Shown: positions 19,552 to 27,872 of the stretch, one piece after another | Numbering within the stretch: the stretch's first letter is position 1 | How the letters are laid out: each line of letters begins with the position of its first letter | Assembly (NCBI RefSeq): GCF_014280195.1 | Contig: NZ_CP047960.1 | Coordinates: 2,040,001 to 2,072,000 of the forward strand | Length of the DNA: 32,000 nt | Direction of reading: 5' to 3' | DNA from: Synechococcus sp. A15-24 | GTDB lineage: Bacteria > Cyanobacteriota > Cyanobacteriia > PCC-6307 > Cyanobiaceae | Translations under genes and position numbers: made by a program | Notes under the pieces: generated by a model | Told to the model about the DNA's origin: nothing | Database searches by the model: none | Seen by the model: the letters and a program-made list of their open reading frames with translations, nothing else

Positions 19552-19875
19552 TTGCTCCCCGGCTGGACCTGCCCTGTTCTGGCGATCACGGGTGTTCCAT
19601 GCCCGGGTTGTTATCTCACGCGAGCGACCGCTGCGGCATTGAACGGCGACATCAGCACCAGTGTGTCCCTGCATGCGTTTGGTCCGGCCTTCGCTGCGGG
19701 GCTGATCGTGTGGAGCGCACTGGCCCTGAAACGGCGACGCATGGTGCCGATGCGCTGGCGAACCACACCAGTGCTCCTAGCGGCGAGCGCACTCCTCCTC
19801 TACTGGTTGCTGCGCCTGATCCTCAGCTATGGCTATGGGTTTGAAGGCATGCTGGGGTTTCCGGCTTCGTCCTGA
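19552..19875 (+). CDS. DUF2752-like small membrane protein (CPxCxxTR motif); true start probably upstream
   Basis: WTCPVLAITGVPCPGCYLTRA followed by hydrophobic segments. The track start is TTG 19552, but the frame is open from 19435. Confidence 0.6.
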   Translation: MLPGWTCPVLAITGVPCPGCYLTRATAAALNGDISTSVSLHAFGPAFAAGLIVWSALALKRRRMVPMRWRTTPVLLAASALLLYWLLRLILSYGYGFEGMLGFPASS

Positions 19876-19895
19876 CGCCTCGATTTCCAGAGACT

Positions 19896-20354
19896 GTGCC
19901 CTCCCCCGACCACTGGCTCCAGCTCGAGCGGCGCGTGCGCTTCGGCGACACCGATGCCGCCGGCGTGATGCATTTCCATCAGTTGCTGCGCTGGTGCCAT
20001 GAAGCCTGGGAAGAAAGCCTGGAGCGATACGGCATTGCTGCGGGCAGCATCTTTCCCGGAGGCCGCGGCCAGGACTATTGGCCCGACACCGCGTTGCCAG
20101 TCGTGCATTGCGAAGCGGATTTCCTGCGGCCGTTGCACGGCGGTGATCAGCTGCAGGTGAGGGTCAAACCACGACGAATCGACCCTGGATGCTTCGAGGT
20201 GCAGACCCGGTTTCAGCTGGATGGTGTTGATGTGGCGATCGGTTTGATCCGCCATCTCGCCATCAAGAGCGCAACACGCCAGCGATGCCCGCTCCCGAAC
20301 GCCATTGATCTCTGGCTCGAAGCCTCCAGCACCGGACAGATCAGCAGCCTTTAG
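19896..20354 (+). CDS. hotdog-fold acyl-CoA thioesterase (4HBT family), probable 1,4-dihydroxy-2-naphthoyl-CoA hydrolase
   Basis: RVRFGDTDAAGVMHFHQLLRWCHEAWEESL is the 4HBT-type catalytic Asp region. It is adjacent to menE, menC, menA and menF. GTG start. Confidence 0.75.
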   Translation: MPSPDHWLQLERRVRFGDTDAAGVMHFHQLLRWCHEAWEESLERYGIAAGSIFPGGRGQDYWPDTALPVVHCEADFLRPLHGGDQLQVRVKPRRIDPGCFEVQTRFQLDGVDVAIGLIRHLAIKSATRQRCPLPNAIDLWLEASSTGQISSL

Positions 20355-20533
20355 TCACGCACCCGCTGCCATGCCCAGAACAACGCTGCACATTGCAGCG
20401 GAAGCAGGGCGACCACCACACCCAGCGGATGGAAACCTCCCTGAATCTGGCCTGACAGGGCAGTCGCACTGATCAAGGCTGCAACCACCAGCAGAGCCGT
20501 AGACGCCGATCGCCGAACCGGAGGACTCTCCAT
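20351..20533 (-). CDS. hypothetical 60-aa protein with two predicted transmembrane segments
   Basis: MESPPVRRSASTALLVVAALISATALSGQIQGGFHPLGVVVALLPLQCAALFWAWQRVRD. Its ATG shares one nucleotide with the stop of the upstream TM2 gene (TGATG at 20531-20535). No other evidence that it is expressed. Confidence 0.45.
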   Translation of the reverse strand: MESPPVRRSASTALLVVAALISATALSGQIQGGFHPLGVVVALLPLQCAALFWAWQRVRD

Positions 20534-20811
20534 CAGAACCAGGGTTTCTCCTGATCGAGGTACAACTCGCGAAATTCGTCGGTGGACTTGGTCAGGTAGA
20601 TAACCCCCTCGATCAACCCGATGATCGACATCACCCCAGTGGCGATGCCACAGGTCACCACACCACCGGCAAGGCTCACCACCAACATGATGATGCCGGC
20701 GTTGTTGTAGCCGAGCACAAACTTGTGGATCCCGAAAGAGCCCAGAAAGATCCCCAGCAATCCAGCCGCCAGTTTCTTGTTGCTGATCTCGGTTTCAGAT
20801 AGCTCAGCCAT
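20533..20811 (-). CDS. TM2 domain-containing small membrane protein
   Basis: From ATG 20811 the sequence is MAELSETEISNKKLAAGLLGIFLGSFGIHKFVLGYNNAGIIMLVVSLAGGVVTCGIATGVMSIIGLIEGVIYL, a TM2-type pattern (GxxGxHxFYLG-like). The track ORF to 21117 is an out-of-frame extension through menE. Confidence 0.75.
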   Translation of the reverse strand: MAELSETEISNKKLAAGLLGIFLGSFGIHKFVLGYNNAGIIMLVVSLAGGVVTCGIATGVMSIIGLIEGVIYLTKSTDEFRELYLDQEKPWF

Positions 20812-21967
20812 CGGGTTCCGGCGGGAGTCCTGATTCTTGCGACTGCAACCAGGCCTGCCAACGGCTCCGTTGCCACTTGCCGGCTTCCGACGCTGCCAGC
20901 TCCGGGCAGAACAGCCAGCGCTGCGGCCGTTCAGCAGCCGGCCAGGACTGGGTGACGTCCTGCAACCGTTCAACAATGTCCGAGGCGCTGCTGCGCACAA
21001 GACCCACCAGGCGCTCACCCCAGTCAGCATCAGGAATCCCCAGCAGTAACACCGCCTCCAATGGAAGCTCCGAGGCCAGCAACCGGGCCTCCAGCTGTTC
21101 AGGAAACACCGTCTCACCCCCAGAGATCACCGCTCCATCCAGCCGACCCAGGATGCGCAGATCCGTCTCCAACGCAGCCCGATCCCCGGAACGCCACCAA
21201 CCACTGGCATCGCTCAGGCTCTGCAGCTGTTGGGGCTGCTCCGGCCGCCAACAGGCCGTCGCCAGACGATCCGTTTTGACCTCGAGAGCCCCATCAGCAG
21301 CCAAGCGCAGCTCCACATCCATCAGCGGAGCTCCGCAACTGTCATCGCCTTGCAGGAAGCGCTCTGGCGGCAAGGCAGCCACCATCGCCGCCGTTTCTGT
21401 GGCGCTGTAGCAGGGCGCCAACCTGATCCCCACCTCGCGGGCTTGATCGGCCATCACGCGCGGGAGCGCGGCGCCTCCCACCCAGATCACGCTGAAGCCT
21501 TTCAGCCAGTCGATGCCGCCGGGATCCGCCAGCAACCGACCCAGCTGGGTGGGCACCAACGACAACAGGGCAGGCCGCTGACCCCACCCTGGCTGCGCCT
21601 GACAGGACTCGATCAGCCACTGCGGCTGCTTCAGCCAACGGGGCTCCAGCACGAGCTGGGGTGCACCCCAGCTGCGGCTGCGCCACCAGGGCATCAGTCC
21701 ACTGACGTGATGCATCGGCAGGGGATTGCAGATCAACACCTCGCCTGGATCCAGACCAATGCCCTGCAACCAATGGGCGGTTGCCGCTGCCGATTGATCG
21801 AGATGGTCCAGGGGTTGCAGGCAGACCCGTCGACCACCGCTGCTGCCACCGCTGCTCACCAACACCCCTGGGCCTGGAGGCAACAGCTGCTGCGGCAGCG
21901 CTTCAGCTCCCCTGAGTGGCATCCAGCGACCGTCGCGGAACCCTTGCAGCAGTTGATCGGGCGTCAT
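20804..21967 (-). CDS. menE: O-succinylbenzoate-CoA ligase
   Basis: Adenylate-forming enzyme pattern (SSGGSSGGRRV P-loop-like, CYSATETAAMV, GWWRSGDRA). Start at ATG 21967 (MTPDQLLQGF) forms an ATGA overlap with the menC stop. The track start at 22099 lies inside menC. Confidence 0.82.
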   Translation of the reverse strand: MTPDQLLQGFRDGRWMPLRGAEALPQQLLPPGPGVLVSSGGSSGGRRVCLQPLDHLDQSAAATAHWLQGIGLDPGEVLICNPLPMHHVSGLMPWWRSRSWGAPQLVLEPRWLKQPQWLIESCQAQPGWGQRPALLSLVPTQLGRLLADPGGIDWLKGFSVIWVGGAALPRVMADQAREVGIRLAPCYSATETAAMVAALPPERFLQGDDSCGAPLMDVELRLAADGALEVKTDRLATACWRPEQPQQLQSLSDASGWWRSGDRAALETDLRILGRLDGAVISGGETVFPEQLEARLLASELPLEAVLLLGIPDADWGERLVGLVRSSASDIVERLQDVTQSWPAAERPQRWLFCPELAASEAGKWQRSRWQAWLQSQESGLPPEPDG

Positions 21968-22938
21968 GGCAAGCCCGCCTCCCACACCGCGTTCGGATCG
22001 TCGCTGAACAGCGGGCCCGATGGGCACCAGCCCGGCGCGAGCCCAGGCGCCACCGGCGTTGGACCCTGCTGCTGAAGCGCCGCCAGATGATGCAGCCAAC
22101 GGCGGCCGATGCCCGTTTCAAAGGCGGTGCTGAGCATCCGATAGGGCACACACTCCTGCAGCTGCCGCAACAACGGCCGTGGATCCCCTTCCAACAGCGG
22201 ACGCCGCACCTGCCATCCACTCCAACGGTTCCGCAGGGACGGATCCTGATCGAGGGATTCATCCAGGGCCACCGGTCCCAGGCCCGCAAGCTCATCCAAT
22301 CCCTCTTGATCGTTGGGCACCAGGGGCTGCTCCAACCAGGCAAAGCGTGGGTCCCCCACCAGCCGTTCCATCCAGCGGCGGGCCGTGGCCCGGCTCCAGC
22401 CACCGTTGGCATCCAGCCGCAGGGAGGCCGTGGACGGCAGCCGCGCCAACAACGCCTCCAGCAGTAACCACTCATGAGGGTCCGGATCTGCCGCCACCTT
22501 CCACTTCACCGTCAACTGCCGTTGCCGGCCCTGCTGCTCCAGCAGTTGTTCAAGCTGATGCAGCATCCGATCACCAGCCGGCAGCAGCTCAGCCGACCTG
22601 GGCGCCGCCAACCAGCCCTGCCGAGCAGCGTTGCCCACCAGCCCATCCAGTTCCGCCAAGGCTGCACCGACCCCAAAGCCCAAAGAGGGGGACAGCATTG
22701 GAAGCCGTTCCTCCAGGTGTGAACGCGGCAGCCACTCCCCGGCTAGTTGCTCCAGACCCGCTGCGCACAGGGGTCGCTCAGCGGAATCGAGCGGCGCCAC
22801 CTCACCCCACCCCAGGGCTCCATCGCTGGCCTCGATCCGCAGCAACCAGCCTTCGCGGGCGTCCAGCACTCCCGCAGCGGTCCGCAGCGGCTGTTGCAAT
22901 GAAAAGCAAAAGCGGCGCCCCTGCAGCTGGAGACGCAT
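21964..22938 (-). CDS. menC: O-succinylbenzoate synthase (enolase superfamily)
   Basis: KxK motif (LTVKWKV) and metal ligands RLDANGGW, LEQPL and ALDESL. Start is ATG 22938 (1-nt overlap with the menA stop) or GTG 22941. Confidence 0.85.
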   Translation of the reverse strand: MRLQLQGRRFCFSLQQPLRTAAGVLDAREGWLLRIEASDGALGWGEVAPLDSAERPLCAAGLEQLAGEWLPRSHLEERLPMLSPSLGFGVGAALAELDGLVGNAARQGWLAAPRSAELLPAGDRMLHQLEQLLEQQGRQRQLTVKWKVAADPDPHEWLLLEALLARLPSTASLRLDANGGWSRATARRWMERLVGDPRFAWLEQPLVPNDQEGLDELAGLGPVALDESLDQDPSLRNRWSGWQVRRPLLEGDPRPLLRQLQECVPYRMLSTAFETGIGRRWLHHLAALQQQGPTPVAPGLAPGWCPSGPLFSDDPNAVWEAGLP

Positions 22939-23870
22939 CACAGTCTCCCCAGGGCCAGCCCCAACGCCAAACCAAGCCCGTTCCAGGCCTGAAACCGCAG
23001 GGCCAGAAACTTGCTGCCGCTGATGCGGTCCGGCTGGTCATGGCAGCGCTGCATCAAACGGATCAAAGCCAGACCCGCCGGAAGCCCCAGGCCGCTCAGC
23101 AGTACGGTGAGAGGCCAGTCCCCCCGGCACATCGGCAGCCATTCCAGCGCCAGGGTGAGGGCCACCAACCAGGGAATCAGGGCCGCTGCCCGGGCTGTGC
23201 CCAGCCGCACCACCGGAGAGCGTTTGCCATGGGCCGAGTCTTCGCTCACCTGATGGAAATGGGAGCAGAACAGCACCAGGCTGGTGGCCACAGCCGGTCC
23301 TGCCCCAAGCATCCAGGCTGTTCCCCAGGGAATGGCGTTCGCGCCCTGCGGTTCCAGCACCAGCAGGGCTGCAGCGGTGGCACAGGGACCAAAGGCCAGC
23401 CAGCAGAGCGGTTCTCCCAGACCTCTGTAACCCAGACGAAACGGAGGGCCCTGGTAGACGTAACCAAGGCCGCAGCACAGCAACACCAGGGCCAGCACCA
23501 GCACGGAGCTGCACCAGGCCAACCAGGCCATCAGAACCAACCCCGATCCCAGGGATGCCAGCGACGCCAGGGCAACCCGGTCCCGACGTCCGGTGAGGTT
23601 CACCACGGAGTGGGGCTTGCCCGTGGTGTCGACTCCGGTGTCGGCATCGAACAGGTCGTTGCTGAGGTTCTCCCAGAGCAGGAGCAGGATGGCTGCCAGC
23701 AGAAACCCGAACAACTGGGTCCAGCGCAGCGATCCGACGGCACCGATTCGCCACCCCGCCGCCAGCAAAACGGGCATCACGGCCACGGAATACATCGGCC
23801 ACTTGATCGCGGCTTTCCACAGCAGACGCCGATCGGCGTAACGGGATGCGACAGCCTGCGGCTTAACCAT
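22938..23870 (-). CDS. menA: 1,4-dihydroxy-2-naphthoate phytyltransferase (UbiA family)
   Basis: UbiA motif NDLFDADTGVD and EDSAHGKRSPVVRLG in a polytopic membrane protein. Start placed at ATG 23870 (MVKPQAVASRYADRRLLWKAAIK). The track start at 24050 would overlap menF. Confidence 0.85.
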   Translation of the reverse strand: MVKPQAVASRYADRRLLWKAAIKWPMYSVAVMPVLLAAGWRIGAVGSLRWTQLFGFLLAAILLLLWENLSNDLFDADTGVDTTGKPHSVVNLTGRRDRVALASLASLGSGLVLMAWLAWCSSVLVLALVLLCCGLGYVYQGPPFRLGYRGLGEPLCWLAFGPCATAAALLVLEPQGANAIPWGTAWMLGAGPAVATSLVLFCSHFHQVSEDSAHGKRSPVVRLGTARAAALIPWLVALTLALEWLPMCRGDWPLTVLLSGLGLPAGLALIRLMQRCHDQPDRISGSKFLALRFQAWNGLGLALGLALGRL

Positions 23871-23940
23871 GGACTGGACCCGATTCCAGCGGGTGATGAC
23901 CCATACATTTGAGCAGTAACCCTGGCCGGAATCGCCGCGG

Positions 23941-25347
23941 ATGTCGGCTGATTGTTCTTTCAGCAGTGTTCTCGAGGCCTCCCAGCAGGGCTGGACGGCT
24001 TCCGGTGGCGAGGACACGCTGCTCAGCCTGACTCTGCCCCTCGACGGCATCGATCCGCTCCAGGCCCTGCCGGTGCTGGCGGATCAGGCGTCGTTTCAGA
24101 TGCTGATGGATGGTGCTCCAGGGCTCTGTCTGGCGGCTGCCGGGTCCTGCCAGCAGCTGGAACTGGCCGGTGCGCGTCGGTTCGAGCTGGCGCAGCGCTT
24201 CGCCGATCTGAGCCTCAGCCGCCTGGTGGACACCAGGGCAAATAGCCCAGCCCAGGCCAGGCCAAGGGTGTTGCTTCGCTTCCGCTTTTTCGAACAGGTC
24301 GGAGAACACCATCACGGCGCCATGCATCCACCCGCCGTGGAGGCGGTGCTGCCCCGCTGGCAGCTCACCAGTCAGGGCCGCCGTGGCTGGCTCCGCCTCA
24401 ATGGGGTCGTCAACTCCGCAGCCGAAGCCCGAGAGCTGGCCGAACAGCTGTGGCTCAAATGCGAACAACTCCAAGCCGACCTGCCGTCGATCACCTCCAG
24501 TCGATCACCGACGCAGCTGGCCAACGGCAACCCGGATCCATGGAAACAGCGCTACGGCCGGGCAGTTGAGCGCGGCATCGAACTGGTCAATGGCGGAGAG
24601 CTGCACAAGCTGGTGCTGGCGGTGCGGCACACCATCGATCTGGACAACCGCTTCAATCCTTTACCCCTGCTGCAACGACTGCGGCGTCAGCAGTCCGGCA
24701 GCTGCCGCTTTCTGTGGCGACGAGAAGCTGATGATGTGTTCTTCGGCGCTTCACCCGAGCGCCTGCTGAGCCTGAGGGGGGGCTGGCTGCGCAGCGATGC
24801 CCTCGCCGGCACCGCGGGTAAGGGTGATGACGGTATGCAACTGCTGCGCTCCGACAAGGACCGCCGTGAACATGAGCTGGTGGTGGACACACTCACCAAC
24901 CAGTTGCGGCAGATGGGACTGACTCCCTGCCGCCGCCGCCAGCCGCAGCTGGCCCGCCACGGCCAACTCACCCATCTGCACACCCCGATCACGGCTGAAG
25001 TGCAGGGACGATCTGCGCTCAGCCTGGCGGAACAACTGCACCCGACCCCGGCAGTGGCTGGCTTGCCACGGCGGGAGGCCATGGCCTGGTTGCGCACCCT
25101 TGAACCGTTCGAACGGGGCTGTTACGCCGCACCGATCGGCTGGATCGACAGCGCCGGGGATGCCGAGCTCAGGGTTGCCATCCGTTGCGGTCACGCCCGA
25201 GGGAGCCATCTCGATCTCACTGCCGGAGCAGGGCTCGTGCGCGGGTCGATCGCTGAACGGGAACGCCAGGAAGTGGAACTGAAGCTGGCGGTCCTCGCCG
25301 ATCAGCTGGAACTTCAGACCAGCGAGCGCAACCGTTCGACCGTCTGA
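23941..25347 (+). CDS. menF: isochorismate synthase
   Basis: Chorismate-binding C-terminal region ([45 protein letters not shown]). Diverges from menA. Confidence 0.88.
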   Translation: MSADCSFSSVLEASQQGWTASGGEDTLLSLTLPLDGIDPLQALPVLADQASFQMLMDGAPGLCLAAAGSCQQLELAGARRFELAQRFADLSLSRLVDTRANSPAQARPRVLLRFRFFEQVGEHHHGAMHPPAVEAVLPRWQLTSQGRRGWLRLNGVVNSAAEARELAEQLWLKCEQLQADLPSITSSRSPTQLANGNPDPWKQRYGRAVERGIELVNGGELHKLVLAVRHTIDLDNRFNPLPLLQRLRRQQSGSCRFLWRREADDVFFGASPERLLSLRGGWLRSDALAGTAGKGDDGMQLLRSDKDRREHELVVDTLTNQLRQMGLTPCRRRQPQLARHGQLTHLHTPITAEVQGRSALSLAEQLHPTPAVAGLPRREAMAWLRTLEPFERGCYAAPIGWIDSAGDAELRVAIRCGHARGSHLDLTAGAGLVRGSIAERERQEVELKLAVLADQLELQTSERNRSTV

Positions 25348-26237
25348 TCCGCCAAGGGCTGCTGCATCAGCCGTTCCACTTCCCGCACGCCGGTGGGACT
25401 GGTGACATTGATCTCGCTGAGCATGCCGCCGATAACATCGATGCCGACGAAGAACAGACCTTCTGCCCGCAGAGCCGGCGCCAACGCTGCACAGATCTGA
25501 CGCTCGCGCTCGCTCAATTCCGTCGCTTCAGCCTGTCCACCCACCGCCAGATTGCTGCGGAACTCCCCCTCCGACGGGCGCCGATTCACTGCACCAAGGG
25601 GGTCGCCGTCCACCAGCAGGATCCGCTTATCACCCTCCGTCACGTCAGGCAGAAAGCGTTGGGCCATCACAGGCAGCCGTTCCTGCTCCGTGACCAACTC
25701 CAGCAAGGCCTTCAGGCCCGGTGCCTCAGCCTGGACGCGGATCACACCGAGTCCAGCTCGACCACCGAGGGGCTTGAGCACCACGTCGCCCTGCTCCCGG
25801 GCAAAGGCCATCAGCTCGGAGACCCGGCCGGCCACCAGGGTGGGCGCCATCCAGCGACTGAAACGCAGGGCACCGAGTTTTTCGTTCCAGGCCCGCAGGG
25901 CACTAGGGCGGTTCAACACACGAACACCAGCCCTCTCCGCCACCTCCAGGAGATGGGTGGCATAGAGATACGCCTCATCAACTGGTGGATCCTTCCGCAT
26001 CCAGATCACGTCAAACCCGGCCAACGACTGACGTTCTGGCGCTCCAACAGCGATCCAGGGGTCCGGTGTGACAGGCAACGCCACCGCCATGGGCTCATCC
26101 CCTCGGGCGATCAGGTCCGACGGCGTGCAGGCCCAGATGTCATCACCGGACCGCTGGGCCGCTTGCATCAAGGCGGCGGTGGAGTCTTTCTCCGGCCGGA
26201 TCTGCGACAGCGGATCCAGCACGAACAGCTGGCGCAT
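25314..26237 (-). CDS. gshB: glutathione synthetase
   Basis: N-terminus [20 protein letters not shown] with ATP-grasp segments ([31 protein letters not shown]). Confidence 0.92.
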   Translation of the reverse strand: MRQLFVLDPLSQIRPEKDSTAALMQAAQRSGDDIWACTPSDLIARGDEPMAVALPVTPDPWIAVGAPERQSLAGFDVIWMRKDPPVDEAYLYATHLLEVAERAGVRVLNRPSALRAWNEKLGALRFSRWMAPTLVAGRVSELMAFAREQGDVVLKPLGGRAGLGVIRVQAEAPGLKALLELVTEQERLPVMAQRFLPDVTEGDKRILLVDGDPLGAVNRRPSEGEFRSNLAVGGQAEATELSERERQICAALAPALRAEGLFFVGIDVIGGMLSEINVTSPTGVREVERLMQQPLADQTVERLRSLV

Positions 26238-26240
26238 GGC

Positions 26241-26498
26241 TCAGGCGTTCAGCAGGGGATCGAGCTCACCGGCAAGCTCGAGGGCGTGGAGGTCATCACA
26301 ACCACCGATGTGGCGGTCGTTGATGAAGATCTGGGGAACACTGCGACGGCCGTCACCACGGGCAGCCATGGCATCGCGGCCGGGTTCGTCACCATCCACG
26401 GCATGCTCGGCGTAACTCACGCCCTTGCGGTCCAGCAGACCCTTGGCGCGAACACAGAAGGGACAGGTGCGCCAGGTGTAGATCTCGACCTTGGCCAT
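26241..26498 (-). CDS. grxC: glutaredoxin 3
   Basis: 85 aa with CPFC active site (YTWRTCPFCVRAK) and VPQIFINDRHIGGCDDL. Lies 3 bp upstream of gshB. Confidence 0.93.
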   Translation of the reverse strand: MAKVEIYTWRTCPFCVRAKGLLDRKGVSYAEHAVDGDEPGRDAMAARGDGRRSVPQIFINDRHIGGCDDLHALELAGELDPLLNA

Positions 26499-26572
26499 GG
26501 AGCTGCTCCAGTTGTGCGGATCCTATGCAGCGGCGGCACTGATAGCGTCAACAACTGATCAGAACGCAGTCC

Positions 26573-27701
26573 TTGCTGGATCTCACCGACTTCAAGCGCG
26601 ATCTCTCCGAGCTCACTGACCGCCTGGGCCATGCCCAGGATTGTCTTTGACGTCCCCGCACTGAAGGCCAGACAACAAGATCTCGAACAACTCGCCGCCC
26701 AGCCTGATTTCTGGGATGACCAGCAGGCGGCCCAGAAGCAGATGCGCCGCCTGGATGAGGTGAAAGCGCAGCTGCAGCAGCTGGCGGACTGGGGCGGTTC
26801 CGTGGACGATGCCAAGGCAACGCTGGAGCTCTATGAGCTGGAACCGGACGAGGAGATGCTCACCGAGGCCCAGGAGGGCCTCAATCAACTGCGCCAGGGC
26901 TTGGACCGCTGGGAGCTGGAGCGCCTTCTGAGTGGTGACTACGACAAGGAAGGCGCTGTGCTCACCATCAATGCCGGCGCCGGTGGCACCGATGCCCAGG
27001 ACTGGGCCCAGATGCTGCTGCGGATGTACACCCGCTGGGCGGAAGATCACGGCATGAAGGTGACCGTGAACGAACTCTCAGAAGGGGAAGAAGCGGGCAT
27101 CAAGAGCGCCTCCATCGAGGTGGAGGGGCGTTACGCCTACGGCTATCTACGGAATGAGAAGGGCACCCATCGACTGGTGCGCATCTCACCGTTCAACGCC
27201 AACGACAAGCGGCAGACCAGCTTTGCGGGCATCGAGGTGATGCCCAAGATCGATGAGGAGGTCGACATCGACATTCCCGAAAAGGATCTGGAGGTCACCA
27301 CCAGTCGTTCCGGTGGTGCGGGCGGACAGAACGTCAACAAGGTGGAAACAGCGGTGCGGATCCTCCACATCCCGACGGGCCTGGCGGTGCGTTGCACCCA
27401 GGAGCGATCGCAGCTTCAGAACAAGGAAAAGGCCATGGCGCTGCTCAAGGCCAAGCTGCTGGTGATCGCCCAGGAGCAACGGGCCGCCGAAATCGCCGAC
27501 ATCCGTGGCGACATCGTTGAAGCGGCCTGGGGCAACCAGATCCGCAACTACGTGTTCCATCCGTATCAAATGGTCAAGGACCTGCGCACCAGCGAGGAGA
27601 CCAATGATGTGCAGGCGGTGATGGACGGGGCTCTCGACCCCTTCATCGACGCCTCGTTGCGCCAGGGTGTCGACAGCCCCGGCGCCGACGCCGATTCTTG
27701 A
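26573..27701 (+). CDS. prfB: peptide chain release factor 2, requires a programmed +1 frameshift (26573..26647 joined to 26649..27701)
   Basis: Frame 0 from TTG 26573 reads [25 protein letters not shown] and then TGA at 26648. The +1 frame continues [24 protein letters not shown]..., with SPF (ISPFNAN) and GGQ ([16 protein letters not shown]) motifs. The track ORF starting at 26631 (MPRIVF) is the +1 frame only. Confidence 0.92.
26637..26651 (+). other. prfB +1 ribosomal frameshift site: internal SD-like AGGA, 4-nt spacer, CTT TGA C
   Basis: AGGA at 26637-26640, then ttgt, then CTT (26645-47) and TGA (26648-50), followed by C. This is the same slippery/stop context as the classical E. coli prfB site. 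Confidence 0.88.
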
Positions 27702-27705
27702 CCTT

Positions 27706-27870
27706 ATGGCCACCGAGAGCACCCCACCACCGAGCTTCGTCAAACAGGCGATGCGCAACATGGTGCGCAAGGGCAGCAAGAGCCTGCTCCACTTCGGCCT
27801 GACCGCAATGGGTTTCCTCGGCTTCATCACCCTTGTGGCTTGGCTGGGGCGACCGACCCTGCCGGGATAG
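27706..27870 (+). CDS. small conserved membrane protein (possibly DUF3285-like, from memory)
   Basis: From ATG 27706 the sequence is MATESTPPPSFVKQAMRNMVRKGSKSLLHFGLTAMGFLGFITLVAWLGRPTLPG, with one C-terminal TM helix. It is packed between prfB (4-bp gap) and ybeY (2-bp gap). Confidence 0.6.
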   Translation: MATESTPPPSFVKQAMRNMVRKGSKSLLHFGLTAMGFLGFITLVAWLGRPTLPG

Positions 27871-27872
27871 GC

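Noticed and set aside
20541-20810. Lower GC (about 55%) of the TM2 gene as evidence of horizontal acquisition
   Set aside because: Conserved core genes sampled in the same window (for example ndhH, about 57% in a 60-nt sample) are similarly below the local maximum. There are no flanking repeats, tRNA genes or integrase. The dip is noted under the men-operon finding but is not evidence of an island.
22179-23912. 577-aa ORF on the plus strand spanning menC and menA
   Set aside because: It lies antisense to two genes with clear family motifs, and over menA it is the codon-aligned antisense frame. Its translation is Pro/Ala/Gly/Arg/Gln-rich low-complexity sequence with no motif. In GC3-rich genes the sense codons that create antisense stops (TTA, CTA, TCA) are rare, so long open antisense frames are expected.
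23871-23940. Possible promoter hexamers (TACATT, TTGAGC) and a 5-bp inverted repeat CTGGA-N6-TCCAG in the menA/menF divergent region
   Set aside because: The matches to sigma-70 consensus are 4 of 6 at best with unsuitable spacing, and the 5-bp stem is too weak to be meaningful. Neither can be supported from sequence alone.
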